The notes under the pieces are model-generated. The model saw only the letters and a program-made list of their open reading frames with translations, was not told where the DNA came from and did not search any database. From positions 96,001-160,000 of the forward strand of contig JBGARZ010000016.1 of NCBI GenBank assembly GCA_044229975.1: DNA of 64,000 nucleotides. Reading direction: 5' to 3'. Source of the stretch: Polyangiales bacterium. Its GTDB lineage: Bacteria; Myxococcota_A; Polyangia; Polyangiales; Ga0077539. This document shows positions 8,196-18,057 of this stretch, piece after piece; the first letter of the stretch is position 1, and the number at the start of each line of letters is the position of its first letter. Made by a program: the position numbers and the translations under genes.

Positions 8196-8969
8196 CTATC
8201 CCTTCGTCTTCGCCGCCTTCTTCTTCCGCCGCGGCGGCGTCGTCCGAAACGCCGCCAGCACCGGGTCGCCCGCCGCGAACGCGTACCCCGCCGCCGCCCG
8301 GATGCGCGCGAGCCCCCGCGACGCCAGCGTGTACACCGCGTCCCGTCGCTTGCGCAGCGCCGTCGCGCCGCTCACCGCGTGCAGTTGCGGCCGCAGCCCC
8401 TCGGCGAGCGCCACCATGCTCTCCAACCGCGCGCCCTCGCCCTGCGTCAGCGCCGCGAGCGTCCCCGCGTGCAGCGCCCAGAACGCCTTCATCTCCCCCG
8501 CGTCGTTGACCAGGTCGGCGATGCCTTCGCCGCGCTTGATCTTGAGCGCCCAGCGCAGCACCGCGCGGTTGCTCCGAAAGAGGTGCCGGATGCCTCGCAG
8601 CACCGCCGCCTGCGCCGCCCGCGCGTCCCGCTCCGCGCGCCCGATGGCCGGGTCGACCGGCTGCGCCGCGGCCGCGCCGACGTCGGCCACGGTCATCGCC
8701 AGCACCGCCACGAGGTCGGCCGTCCATCGCAGCTCCTCGCTCGTCAGCGGCGCGTCCGGCGCCATCGGAACCGCCACCAACGCCGCCCCCTTCGCCAGCG
8801 CCGTCTGCGTCGCGCGCACCATCCGCGGCAGCCGCTTGCCGAGCGCTCCTGGCGCGCGCGTCACCTCGTTGGACGGCAGCGCCGCCGCCGCCGCGTGCAC
8901 CGCCGCGATGCGCTCGGCCGACAGCCCCGTCGCTTTGTTCTTCCGCCCGCTCGCACGTGCCTTCGCCAT
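8196..8969 (-). CDS. All-alpha, basic hypothetical protein
   Basis: ORF 8196..9041, likely start MAKARASGRK at 8969. Contains RDAVYTL...IRAAAGYAF and a Lys-rich tail. Confidence 0.75.
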   Translation of the reverse strand: MAKARASGRKNKATGLSAERIAAVHAAAAALPSNEVTRAPGALGKRLPRMVRATQTALAKGAALVAVPMAPDAPLTSEELRWTADLVAVLAMTVADVGAAAAQPVDPAIGRAERDARAAQAAVLRGIRHLFRSNRAVLRWALKIKRGEGIADLVNDAGEMKAFWALHAGTLAALTQGEGARLESMVALAEGLRPQLHAVSGATALRKRRDAVYTLASRGLARIRAAAGYAFAAGDPVLAAFRTTPPRRKKKAAKTKG

Positions 8970-9171
8970 CCCCACACGCTCCTGGTGCTGCGCCGCGCGT
9001 CCCCGATGGGCCGTCGCAACGCGGTCATCCATCGCTATCACGGCCCCGACGGTGCCAACAGGCGCCCGTCACCCGCGCCGCGGCACCCGGCAGCGACGCG
9101 CAGTCGCCAGAGCCCTGCGCGCAACGCCCGGATGGGCTGTCGCAACACCCGTCAGGGGCGTCGCGATCCCC

Positions 9172-10818
9172 TTACGGGCACTCGCAGGTCGCCTCGCGGC
9201 ACCCGGTGAGCCTCACCCGCAGCGTGTAGTCGCCCTCGTCGTCGAAGGCCGTCGACCCATCGACGACGATCACCACCCACCCGTCGCGCGGTGCCACGTA
9301 CGTCTGCGCGCCCGACCCGACGCGATCGCGGCACCAGAGGTCGCGGCTGCAGGTGACCGTTCCGCAGTCGGCGCCCTGGTAGATCTTGAGCGTGGCGTCC
9401 CACGACGACGTCACACACCCGTCGCCCCTGGTGAGCGTGACGGTGATCGTCTCTCCCGCGCGCGCCCAGATCCGGTACGCGTGGTCGCCGCCGGCGTCCC
9501 AGCTGCAGTCGTCGAAGCGGTTGGACGCGCTGCACGTGTCGCTCGCCAGCGAGAAGCCCGCCGTCGCCGCCGCCACCCGCCGACCGATCACCCGCGCTCC
9601 AGTGCAGCGGTCGCGGTTCTGCGTCCCGTTGGCGCACGCGTCCGCAGGAAACCCGCAGATCGGCGTCCCCGTACACGCACCCGCCGACGCGCACGCGTCG
9701 TTGATGGTCAGCGCGTTGCCGTCGTCGCACGGCCCCGTGCGCGGCGTCTGCATGCACGTCGCCGTCCCCGCACACGCTCGCGTCATGCACTGGTCGCTGT
9801 TGCACGTCACGGCCGTCCCGACGCAGCTCCCGGCCGCGCACGCGTCGGTGTGCGTGCACGCGTTGCCGTCGTCGCAGCGCGCCGCCGTCCGCCACTGCCA
9901 CGTCCCGCCATCGTTGGTGCAGTTGAACGTCTGCCCGCCGCACGCCACCGACTGACACAGCGAGTGCGTCGCGCCATCACACGCGAACTCCCCGCCGCCA
10001 CCGCACGTCCCCGCGGCCCCGGCGGCGCCGCAGCCCTGACAGGCGCGGGCAGTGCGCAGGAGGTTGGCGTTGCACTGGTCGGCGCAGAGGCCCGCGGTGG
10101 TGCGGCACCCCATCGACGGATCGCAGCTCCCGAGGCAACACTGGTTGCCCGCGCCGGGCGCACACGAGGCGGGGGCTGCGCCGCGACACGTTCCTGCGCC
10201 GTCGCAGGTGTCGGTGGTGGTGCAGGCGGCGCTGTCGTCGCAGGGGGTTCCCATCGGGTGGCGGGCGCAGGCGCCGAGGCCGTTGCAGACACCGGTGGTT
10301 CCGCAGGTGGCGGGGGCCTGGGCGGCGCACTCGGACTCGGGGTCGGTCGCGATCGGGTGGTTGGAGCAGCGGCCCTCGGAGCCCGCGAGCGCACAGCTCC
10401 GGCACGCCCCATCGCATGCGGTGTCGCAGCAGTAGCCGTCGACGCACGGACGGGCGCCGCACACGGCCGACGCGGTGGCGGGCGTGCAGGCGACAGGCCC
10501 GACCGGGGGAATGTCGACGGGCGGGATGTCGATGGTCGGTGGGATGTCGATGGGCGATGGGACGTCGATGGACGATGGCACATCGATGCGAGCGACGTCG
10601 GGAGTGGGCGGCACATCGATGCGAGCGGCGTCGACGACGGGCACATCGGCACGCGGAACATCCATGCCTGGGACGTCGGCACCGGGCACGTCGGGGACGT
10701 CGTCGGCCTCGACCACGTCGATGACGATCGAGGCGTCGTCGGTCAACATGTTTCCCCGCGCACAGCCGAAGCTCGCGAGCAGACCAAGGAGCGCGAGGCG
10801 AGCGTGCGGTGACCTCAT
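9172..10818 (-). CDS. Cys-rich lipoprotein (CDDGNACT-type repeats, C-terminal PPC-like beta-sandwich)
   Basis: Lipobox LASFGC, IDVP linker repeats, CDDGNACTHTDAC repeats, C-terminal DATLKIY...VVIVVDG...EGDYTLRV. Confidence 0.85.
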   Translation of the reverse strand: MRSPHARLALLGLLASFGCARGNMLTDDASIVIDVVEADDVPDVPGADVPGMDVPRADVPVVDAARIDVPPTPDVARIDVPSSIDVPSPIDIPPTIDIPPVDIPPVGPVACTPATASAVCGARPCVDGYCCDTACDGACRSCALAGSEGRCSNHPIATDPESECAAQAPATCGTTGVCNGLGACARHPMGTPCDDSAACTTTDTCDGAGTCRGAAPASCAPGAGNQCCLGSCDPSMGCRTTAGLCADQCNANLLRTARACQGCGAAGAAGTCGGGGEFACDGATHSLCQSVACGGQTFNCTNDGGTWQWRTAARCDDGNACTHTDACAAGSCVGTAVTCNSDQCMTRACAGTATCMQTPRTGPCDDGNALTINDACASAGACTGTPICGFPADACANGTQNRDRCTGARVIGRRVAAATAGFSLASDTCSASNRFDDCSWDAGGDHAYRIWARAGETITVTLTRGDGCVTSSWDATLKIYQGADCGTVTCSRDLWCRDRVGSGAQTYVAPRDGWVVIVVDGSTAFDDEGDYTLRVRLTGCREATCECP

Positions 10819-10997
10819 AAGAAGGTCGGCAAACTATCGCGCTTCGCCATCAGCGCACAGGTGAGCGACGCGCGGATCAGTCCAGCGCGCGCGTCTCCAC
10901 CCGGCTGCCCGTCGGCCCGTTGCCCGCCACGCCGAGTGCGGTGTTGCGACCGCCCACTCCCCCTCCGGCGTCGAGGGAGCCCGCCTCGGTCCCCGAA

Positions 10998-11012
10998 GAC
11001 CCTTCAAGGGTC
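10998..11012. promoter_or_regulatory. Perfect 7-1-7 palindrome in a divergent intergenic region (possible transcription factor operator)
   Basis: gaccctt-c-aagggtc, about 75 bp upstream of ATG 11087. Confidence 0.35.
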
Positions 11013-11086
11013 ATCCTCCCGATGGTCTCCGGGGGCGTGTATCATCCCCGCGGAACCTTTCCCCTCCCCGAGAGTCATAGCGACCG

Positions 11087-11761
11087 ATGGCGACCTCCAG
11101 CACCGCAACCACCCTCGACGACATCCCGGCGCCGCCGCGCCCGGGTGAGGCCGACGCCCTCGACGAGGTGCTCGTCGGGCTCCCCGCTCCGCCGCGCGCC
11201 CGCCGCCGTGTCCTGGCCGTCCTGCTCACGGCCATCCCCGTGGCGTCGCTGTTTCTCGCGTCGCAGATGCTCGACGACGTGCGCTACGCCATGGCCTCGG
11301 CGACCCCGGTCGCGCTCGGCGACGGGCTCACCGCCAACCCCGCCAGCGTCGGGCTCAACCAGTACGTCACGCTCCGTGCGACCCCGGGCATCGCCGGGGC
11401 CGTCACCTACTCGCGCCTGCTCTGGCCGGGTGAGCATCTCGTCTTCCCGGTCGCCGGTCGCGACGGCGCCGCCATCTACGTGCAGGTTTCGCAAGACGGC
11501 GGTCAGGCCGCCATGACGCGCGCGGAGTTTCAGGGGCGGCTCACCCGCTTCGGTGGTTCGGGCGGGCGCTACGCGGGCGTCAGCCGCTACCTCCACCACT
11601 CCCTCCGCGCTCCCGTCCACGGCGACACCTGGCTGCTCGTGGACGGCGCCACGCCCCGGCGTCACCTCTGGGCGCCGCTCGTCGTCACGCTGCTCCTGGC
11701 CATCGCCATCACCGACCTCGGTCTGCTCCGTCGGCTGTTTCGCGCCGACCCGCGCGCCTAA
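11087..11761 (+). CDS. Hypothetical membrane protein (2 TM segments flanking an extracytoplasmic domain)
   Basis: 224-aa ORF with hydrophobic segments VLAVLLTAIPVASLFLA and LWAPLVVTLLLAIAI. Confidence 0.8.
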   Translation: MATSSTATTLDDIPAPPRPGEADALDEVLVGLPAPPRARRRVLAVLLTAIPVASLFLASQMLDDVRYAMASATPVALGDGLTANPASVGLNQYVTLRATPGIAGAVTYSRLLWPGEHLVFPVAGRDGAAIYVQVSQDGGQAAMTRAEFQGRLTRFGGSGGRYAGVSRYLHHSLRAPVHGDTWLLVDGATPRRHLWAPLVVTLLLAIAITDLGLLRRLFRADPRA

Positions 11762-11831
11762 GCCGTCGCGCCCGCGGACGTCCGCGGGTAGAGTGCCGCC
11801 TGCGGTTCGATGCCGCGCGGGAGTGTCAGCG

Positions 11832-13004
11832 ATGGGTGACGTCGAAGAGTCTTTCTCCACAGATGATCTCGTCGCGCTGCTCGCCGACGCCGGGGAGGTC
11901 GACGCGGGCGTCGAGGTGCTCGAAGCCATGCGCGCGAGCGACCCGGGCTCGACCACGGCCATCCGCCTCCAGGCGAGGCTCTTCGCCGTCGAGGTGGTGG
12001 CGCCCAACCGTCGCCGCGAGGTGCTGACCCGCCTGCGCGACGGCCGGGTCGACGCGCTCGCCCGGCAGGGAGCTCTCCTGGAGGCGTGCGTTGCCCTGCG
12101 GCTGCTCAACCGGGAGTTTCCCGAAGAGCCCATGTGGTCCGAGAAGCTCAGCCGCCTCGAAGACCTCCTCGAACCGCTGCCCAACGCCCACGGCGACGCG
12201 CGGCGCGCCCACGTCGACGCCCTCATCGCCATGGGCAAGACCCGCGAGGCGTGGGAGCTCCTCCGCGAGATGGTCACCGACTCGCCCATGGAGCTCGAGC
12301 TCGCCCGGCGGGCCGACGCGCTGCGGGGGTTGTTGTTCGAGGCGGTGCATACGCGGCCGTACCGCGAGGGCGACGTGGCGCTGCCGCGGCCCGCGCAGGA
12401 GGAAGGGCCCGAGACGGTGTTTGCCCGCGCCCAGGAGGACGTCGCGCGTGGCGATCTGCGCGCGGCCCTCGACCGGGTGGCGCTGCGCTCGGCGCCGGCC
12501 GCCGACGCCGTGCGCTGGGGCCGCTACCGCGACGCGCTCACCGAGCTGGTGGGCATCATCGACGCGGGCGAGGGCCTCGGCGCGAGCACCCAGGACGACG
12601 AGACCGCGCGCATCGGGATGACCGAGGTGGTCGACCTGAAGATCCGCGCGGGCGCCCTCCCGGAGGCCCGCGACGACGCCCGGCGGCAGCTCGCGGCGCA
12701 CCCCGATGCGACCGAGGCCAACATCCTCGTGCGGCGCATCGCGGCGCTCGACGAGGTGCTCGGCGACATGGCCCGCGCGCCCACGGCTCCGGCGCCTGCT
12801 CCCGTGCCCGTGGTGGCCTCGGTCGAAGTGGAGATCGTGCGCGACTCGCCCGTGGTGCCCGCGATGCCGGTGATGCCTGAAGCGCCTCGGCTGGAACCCT
12901 CCGACGAGGACATGACGCAGCGCCGCTCGTCGCTCCCGACGCCGGGTGCGGCGGCGCCCGGGTCCATCGAGGTGAAGCGTCGGAAGATCGTTCGGCTGGG
13001 CTGA
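11832..13004 (+). CDS. Hypothetical helical-repeat (TPR-like) protein
   Basis: Part of ORF 11553..13004 from ATG 11832 (MGDVEESF). Amphipathic helices; Pro-rich tail ending VKRRKIVRLG. Confidence 0.75.
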   Translation: MGDVEESFSTDDLVALLADAGEVDAGVEVLEAMRASDPGSTTAIRLQARLFAVEVVAPNRRREVLTRLRDGRVDALARQGALLEACVALRLLNREFPEEPMWSEKLSRLEDLLEPLPNAHGDARRAHVDALIAMGKTREAWELLREMVTDSPMELELARRADALRGLLFEAVHTRPYREGDVALPRPAQEEGPETVFARAQEDVARGDLRAALDRVALRSAPAADAVRWGRYRDALTELVGIIDAGEGLGASTQDDETARIGMTEVVDLKIRAGALPEARDDARRQLAAHPDATEANILVRRIAALDEVLGDMARAPTAPAPAPVPVVASVEVEIVRDSPVVPAMPVMPEAPRLEPSDEDMTQRRSSLPTPGAAAPGSIEVKRRKIVRLG

Positions 13005-13009
13005 GACGC

Positions 13010-13963
13010 TCAGCGCCCGAAGAGGAGGATGTACCCGCGGCGCATCATCCTCGGCGGCGCGTCGAAGCCGTGGTCGAAGACCTCCGCCTGCTCGGGGATG
13101 TGCGCGGGCATCGGGATCTCCCCCCGCGCCTCGAGGCCCGCCAGCGCGAAGAGCCCGGTGAGCCGGTCGCGGTCGTACTCGTTGTCGGGGTACAGCCAGT
13201 CCTGGTGGTAGGCCAGCCGGCCGGTGCCGGGGCGCAGCACGCGGGCGAAGGCGCGGAGCTGCGCGACGGCCTCGGCGCGCTGTGAGTTACGGCCGAAGCC
13301 GAAGACGTTGATCATCAGCATCCGGTCGATGCTGTCGGCCACGACGTCGTCGAGGCCGGTGTCGCTGGGGCGCGTGACGTGGCGGGTGTCGACGCGCGCC
13401 CGGCGCGCTGCGGGAACGATCTCGACCTCGCTGCGGAGAACCTCCAGCGCGCGCGCGTCGACGTCCGTCGCGTAGACGAGCCCGGTGGGCCCGACCCGCT
13501 GGGCGATGGGGATGGTCAGGAGCCCGCGGCCGGCGCCCACGTCGGCGACCCGCATGCCGGGCGCAAACCCGAGGCCCTCCAGCAGCAGGGCGTGGATGCG
13601 CTCGACGTCCTGCGACGAGCGGTCGGAGTAGAAGTAGAAGTTGCGGGGGCGAGGGTCATCGGCGGCGAAGCAGATGCCGCGGTTGCAGTTGAGCGTGCCG
13701 CTGCAACGGCCGTTGGGCAGGCACCCGCACCCGGGGGCGCCGAGCTCGCAGCGCGCGGCGGCGCACACGCCGTTGTTGCAGGCGCCCTCGTCGCAGCCGC
13801 CGAAGGTGTTGCAGGCGCAGCCGATCTGACCCTGCACGCAGTGGGCGTCGTGGGCGCGTGCGCGGGCCGTGGGGTCGCGCCGCCGCGAGAGCACGACGCC
13901 TCCGACCAGGGCGACCACGAGCACCAGGAGCAGGGCAAGCGCGCGTCGGGGGACCGCTTTCAC
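13010..13963 (-). CDS. Class I SAM-dependent methyltransferase with N-terminal membrane anchor and Cys-rich module
   Basis: VADVGAGRG (motif I), VYATDVD and LRPG motifs. N-terminal LALLLVLVVALVGGVVL followed by two 5-Cys units. Confidence 0.85.
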   Translation of the reverse strand: MKAVPRRALALLLVLVVALVGGVVLSRRRDPTARARAHDAHCVQGQIGCACNTFGGCDEGACNNGVCAAARCELGAPGCGCLPNGRCSGTLNCNRGICFAADDPRPRNFYFYSDRSSQDVERIHALLLEGLGFAPGMRVADVGAGRGLLTIPIAQRVGPTGLVYATDVDARALEVLRSEVEIVPAARRARVDTRHVTRPSDTGLDDVVADSIDRMLMINVFGFGRNSQRAEAVAQLRAFARVLRPGTGRLAYHQDWLYPDNEYDRDRLTGLFALAGLEARGEIPMPAHIPEQAEVFDHGFDAPPRMMRRGYILLFGR

Positions 13964-14012
13964 GGCGGCGATACGACATCCAATGGGCGCTGCCCGTCAA
14001 CGGTCAACGCCG

Positions 14013-16379
14013 TCACTGGAGGGTCGGCGCGCCCAGCGCGTCGAGCAGCGCGAGGGCCATCTGCTTGCGGTCGCCGCCGCCGTCGTCGACGCCCGGGCTC
14101 ACGCACGCCGGGCACCCGTGCGGACACGGGCAGTCGAGCACCAGCGAGCGCACCTGTGAGAGCAGCACCTCGCGCCGCTCGAAGGCCCGCTCGGCGAGCC
14201 CCACGCCGCCCGGCGCCGCGTCGAACAAGAACAGCGTCGGCGACACCACCCCCGGGTCGTCGTCGGCGGCGGGGAGCAGCTCGATGGAGGTTCCGAGGTC
14301 TTGCGGCGCGCACATCAGCGCGAGGCTCGCCACGGAGCGCAGCGCGTGACCGATGCCGCGCAGCCCGTCGAGCACCCGCGCCCGGCCGCTCACCTCGCCT
14401 TCGCCGTCCATGCGCGCGCACGCGGCGTCGAAGCGGTCGGCGGGGAGGGTGATCCAGCAGGCGTCGGTCTCGATGACGAAGGGCGGGAGGTCGAGCTTGT
14501 CCTGCCCGAGGTGCTCGTGGGTGTGAAACCTCACGCGACGGAAGCCCGTCACCTCGGTGGTCACCTGCACCTCGCCCACGGTCGCCGTCGGGCCGTCGCT
14601 CTCGCCGATGAGCGGGGCCGTCTCTTCGGCGTGCAGCACCTCCAGGTGCGTTCGGGTGACGGCCTCGGTGAACCAGTCGTGCGGCGACGGAACCACCATC
14701 GCCCGCCGCCCGTCGAGGTCGAGCGACTCGACCAGCCACGGGACGCCCTCGTGCTGGTACACCGCCCGCGCGTGCAGTTGCAGCAGCGCGCTGCGGTGGT
14801 CGAGCTCGGCGAGCGTGCGCTGGGCCTCGCGCTCGATGACGGCCACCCGCACGTCGCTCACCGAGCGCAGCGACACCTTCTGCGCGGGGTAGTCGGCGGC
14901 CACCCAGGTGAAGCGTTCGCCGCTCTTGTGCAGCGAGCCTTCTTCGACGAGCACCGCGAGCGCGTCGTGCGTCGCCTCGGCGGAGAGCTCGCCGTACGAC
15001 TCGCGTCCGCCGAAGGGCAGCTCGAAGGCCGCGCAGCGCAGGTGCTGGAGCAGCAGCTCGACGTTGTTGGGGTCGACCCGCGCCTCCTCGATGGGCGCGC
15101 CGAGGATCCACCGCGGGTCGCGCGCGAGGTACTGATCGACGGGCGCGGCGGAGGTGACCAGCAGCGCGAGCGACCCGACGCCGCGGCGGCCCGCGCGGCC
15201 GAAGCGCTGCCAGAGGGCGGCGAGCGTTCCGGGGTAGGCGGCGCACACGACGGCGTCGAGGTCGCCGAGGTCGATGCCGAGCTCCAGCGCGGAGGTCGCG
15301 ATCACGCAGCGAACGTCGCCGTCACGAAGACCCTGCTCGATGCGTCGACGGGTCTCCGGGAGATACCCACCACGGTACGCCTGGAGCGCCTCGTCGGGGA
15401 TGCCCTCCGGGCGCAGGCGGTCGCGCAGGTAGCGGAGCATCGTCTCGACGGCGTGGCGTGATCCGCCGAAGACGAGCGTGGGGACCTTGGCGCGCACGAG
15501 GTCGGCGGCGAGGCGAACGGCCGAGCGGGTGTAGCTCGCGCGGACGCCCTGCTCGGCGTTGACCACGGGCGGGTTGTAGACGAGCACGTTGCGCGGGCCG
15601 ATGGGGGCGCCCGAGCGGTCGAGGGTGACGACGGGCGCGCCGATCATGCGGGCGGCGTGCGGCCCTGGGTTGCCGAGCGTGGCCGACGCGCAGAGGAAGA
15701 CGGGGTCGCTGCCGTGGAAGCGGGCCACGCGGCGCAGGCGGCGCAGGACGTTGGCGACGTGGGAGCCGAAGACGCCAGTGAGCGCGTGGAGCTCGTCGAC
15801 GATGACGTAGCGGAGCGTGGAGAAGAAGCGCGACCAGCTCGCGTGGTGGGGGAGCATCCCCGCGTGGAGCATGTCGGGGTTGGTGATGATCACGTTGGCG
15901 CGATCGCGGGCGCGGCGACGGGCGTCGGCGGGCGTGTCGCCGTCGTAGGCGGACACCACGGCATCGAGCTTGGAAGCGGCGAAGAGGGCGGTGAGGGAGT
16001 GCTCTTGATCGCGGGCGAGGGCTTTCGTGGGGAGCAGGGCGAGGGCGCGGGCGCCAGGCTCGCGGGCGAGGCGCTCGGCGAGGGGAAGGCTGAAGCAGAG
16101 GGATTTGCCCGACGCGGTGGGCGTGGCGACGACGAGGTGGCGGCCGGCGCGGGCGTGTTCGAGGGCGTCGCGCTGGTGGCGGTAGAGGGCGGTGATGTCG
16201 CGCGCGCGGAGGCCGTCGCGGACGGACTCGGGGAGGTCGTCGGGGATGGGGACGACGTCGGAGGCGGTGGGGTCGAGCGTGCGGTCGAGCGCGAGGTCGC
16301 GGCGTATCGCGTCGTCGCGACGCCATCGGTCGAGCACGGCGTCGACGCCGCGGGAACGCTGCCAGGGGGCGCGGGGCAT
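14013..16379 (-). CDS. DEAD/DEAH-box helicase with DUF1998 (MrfA/YprA/SftH-like)
   Basis: PTASGKS, DELH, SAT, ATSALELGID and QRFGRAGR motifs; C-terminal CPCPHGCPAC. Start at ATG 16379. Confidence 0.92.
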   Translation of the reverse strand: MPRAPWQRSRGVDAVLDRWRRDDAIRRDLALDRTLDPTASDVVPIPDDLPESVRDGLRARDITALYRHQRDALEHARAGRHLVVATPTASGKSLCFSLPLAERLAREPGARALALLPTKALARDQEHSLTALFAASKLDAVVSAYDGDTPADARRRARDRANVIITNPDMLHAGMLPHHASWSRFFSTLRYVIVDELHALTGVFGSHVANVLRRLRRVARFHGSDPVFLCASATLGNPGPHAARMIGAPVVTLDRSGAPIGPRNVLVYNPPVVNAEQGVRASYTRSAVRLAADLVRAKVPTLVFGGSRHAVETMLRYLRDRLRPEGIPDEALQAYRGGYLPETRRRIEQGLRDGDVRCVIATSALELGIDLGDLDAVVCAAYPGTLAALWQRFGRAGRRGVGSLALLVTSAAPVDQYLARDPRWILGAPIEEARVDPNNVELLLQHLRCAAFELPFGGRESYGELSAEATHDALAVLVEEGSLHKSGERFTWVAADYPAQKVSLRSVSDVRVAVIEREAQRTLAELDHRSALLQLHARAVYQHEGVPWLVESLDLDGRRAMVVPSPHDWFTEAVTRTHLEVLHAEETAPLIGESDGPTATVGEVQVTTEVTGFRRVRFHTHEHLGQDKLDLPPFVIETDACWITLPADRFDAACARMDGEGEVSGRARVLDGLRGIGHALRSVASLALMCAPQDLGTSIELLPAADDDPGVVSPTLFLFDAAPGGVGLAERAFERREVLLSQVRSLVLDCPCPHGCPACVSPGVDDGGGDRKQMALALLDALGAPTLQ

Positions 16380-16473
16380 CGGTAGGGTGCGCGAGGGTAG
16401 CGCGAACGAACCGCGACAGGGACACCGGGGAGGGGGATCGACGAGGGTCGCATCGTCCCGGTACCTTTGCGGC

Positions 16474-17637
16474 GTGGAAGACCATCGTCGAAGCGCCCTG
16501 GCGCTGGTGTTGCCGTGCCTGCTCGTCGCCGCGTGCGGCCCTACCGAAGAAGCCGTCGTGGCTTCGAACGACCCTACGGACATGGACGCTGCCGTCCGCC
16601 CCGTCGACGTCGGCCGTCCCGCGGATGCGGGCTCTGTCGACCCGCCCGACCGCCCGAGCGTGATCGACGCGGGCTCTCCCGACGCCGCTGCTCCGGTCGA
16701 CCGACCGGTGCCCATCGACGCGCCGGTGCCCATCGACGTGCCGACCGCGGTCGATCGTCCGGTGCCCGTCGACGTGGGCGATCCGGGCACCGACGAGGCC
16801 ACCATGGGCGAGGCGGCCTTCCCGCGAAACTTCGGCTGCACCGCGCGCGTCGGCGCCCGCCTCACGGTCCGCAACGCCGGAACCTCCACCTGGACCAACG
16901 CCGCCGGCTACGCGCTCGGCGCCGTCGACGACAGCGACCCGCTCTCCTCCGCGACGCGGGTGCGCCTGCCCGATGGCGTGTCGGTCGCGCCGGGGGCGAC
17001 GTACGAGTTCACCATCCCGCTGGAGGCGCCGGGTCGCGCGGGCGCCGTCACCACCGACTGGCGGATGGTGCACGACGGCGTGCGGTGGTTTGGCGAGACG
17101 TCGCGCCACGAGATCACGGTGCACTGCACCACCGCCGCGGCCGCTGACTTCCGGCTCGCGGACGTGACGGTCGTGTCGAGCCCCGACGTGCGCGGCTTCG
17201 CGGTGACGTCGCGCATCACGTCGCTGTCGTTTCGCCCCGGAACCATCCACATCGACCACGAGCGCCGCGGGATGTGGCCGCCCGTGGTGATCGACGCGAG
17301 CGACGGCACCACGCAGGAGGCCACCATCTGGGTGTTCTTCCACATCGGCGACACCTGGTATGCGACGGGGGCGGAGCGGCTGCGGCCCAACCAGACCGAC
17401 AAGGCCCTGCCCAACCCGTCGTCGATGGGCAACGAGTGGCTCTACGACCCGGGTCGTTGGGCCGCGATGACCAACTACGTCCCGTCGCCGGGCGACCTCG
17501 TGGGCTTCATGGTCGTCGCCGGATCGACCCGCTCGGACGACCACGTCATCGTCAACGAGCGCACCGGGTTCATCCTCGTGCCCATGCCACGTGACGGGGT
17601 GGAGACGTCGTTTCCCCCCTTCGCGCGGCAGGAGTGA
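16474..17637 (+). CDS. Lipoprotein with NBR1/FW-type Ig-like domain
   Basis: Lipobox LVAAC, DAP/DVP linker, VRNAGTSTW...VAPGATYEF...WRMVHDGVRWFG. Start GTG 16474 uncertain. Confidence 0.8.
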   Translation: MEDHRRSALALVLPCLLVAACGPTEEAVVASNDPTDMDAAVRPVDVGRPADAGSVDPPDRPSVIDAGSPDAAAPVDRPVPIDAPVPIDVPTAVDRPVPVDVGDPGTDEATMGEAAFPRNFGCTARVGARLTVRNAGTSTWTNAAGYALGAVDDSDPLSSATRVRLPDGVSVAPGATYEFTIPLEAPGRAGAVTTDWRMVHDGVRWFGETSRHEITVHCTTAAAADFRLADVTVVSSPDVRGFAVTSRITSLSFRPGTIHIDHERRGMWPPVVIDASDGTTQEATIWVFFHIGDTWYATGAERLRPNQTDKALPNPSSMGNEWLYDPGRWAAMTNYVPSPGDLVGFMVVAGSTRSDDHVIVNERTGFILVPMPRDGVETSFPPFARQE

Positions 17638-17732
17638 TGGCGCCCGCGGTGGGGTGTCGTTGAAGCGCGTCTTGCGTTAGACCGTCCGTCCGCTGGCGGG
17701 CGCTGAAGCCCACGGCGCAGGGAGTTCAAGCC

Positions 17733-18056
17733 ATGATGAAGATGATGGTCCGCGGTCTGGTGGTGGTGTTCGCGACCTCGCTGCTGGTCGCCTGTGGCGG
17801 CGACGACAGCACCGACTCGACGTTTTCCTGCAACGGCGGTGGCACCACCATGAACTGCCTCAGCAACACCCAGTACTGCGAGCTGGCGACCACCGACGGC
17901 ACCACGATCACCCGCGCGGCGTGCATGGCCCTCCCTTCGGGCTGTGTCGACAGCCCCTGCGGCAACTGCCTCTCCAGCGGCACCAACGGCATCATCTCGT
18001 GCAGCTCGATCCGCTTCGGCACCAACCGCTCGACGACGGTGACCGTCCGCCGCTGA
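17733..18056 (+). CDS. Small Cys-rich lipoprotein
   Basis: 107 aa, lipobox LVACGGDD, 8 further Cys; GGGAG upstream. Confidence 0.8.
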   Translation: MMKMMVRGLVVVFATSLLVACGGDDSTDSTFSCNGGGTTMNCLSNTQYCELATTDGTTITRAACMALPSGCVDSPCGNCLSSGTNGIISCSSIRFGTNRSTTVTVRR

Positions 18057-18057
18057 C

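Noticed and set aside
8044..10812. Long plus-strand ORF (922 aa) and the many similar Arg/Pro/Ala-rich antisense or alternate-frame ORFs in the track
   Set aside because: Shadow ORFs expected at this GC content; they overlap genes with recognisable motifs and carry no family signatures.
13010..16379. DUF1998 helicase plus methyltransferase as a DISARM/Druantia-like defence system
   Set aside because: The methyltransferase lacks DNA-MTase motifs (no DPPY/NPPY or PC) and has a membrane anchor. The helicase is the single-chain MrfA/YprA type, and there are no SNF2 or PLD partners.
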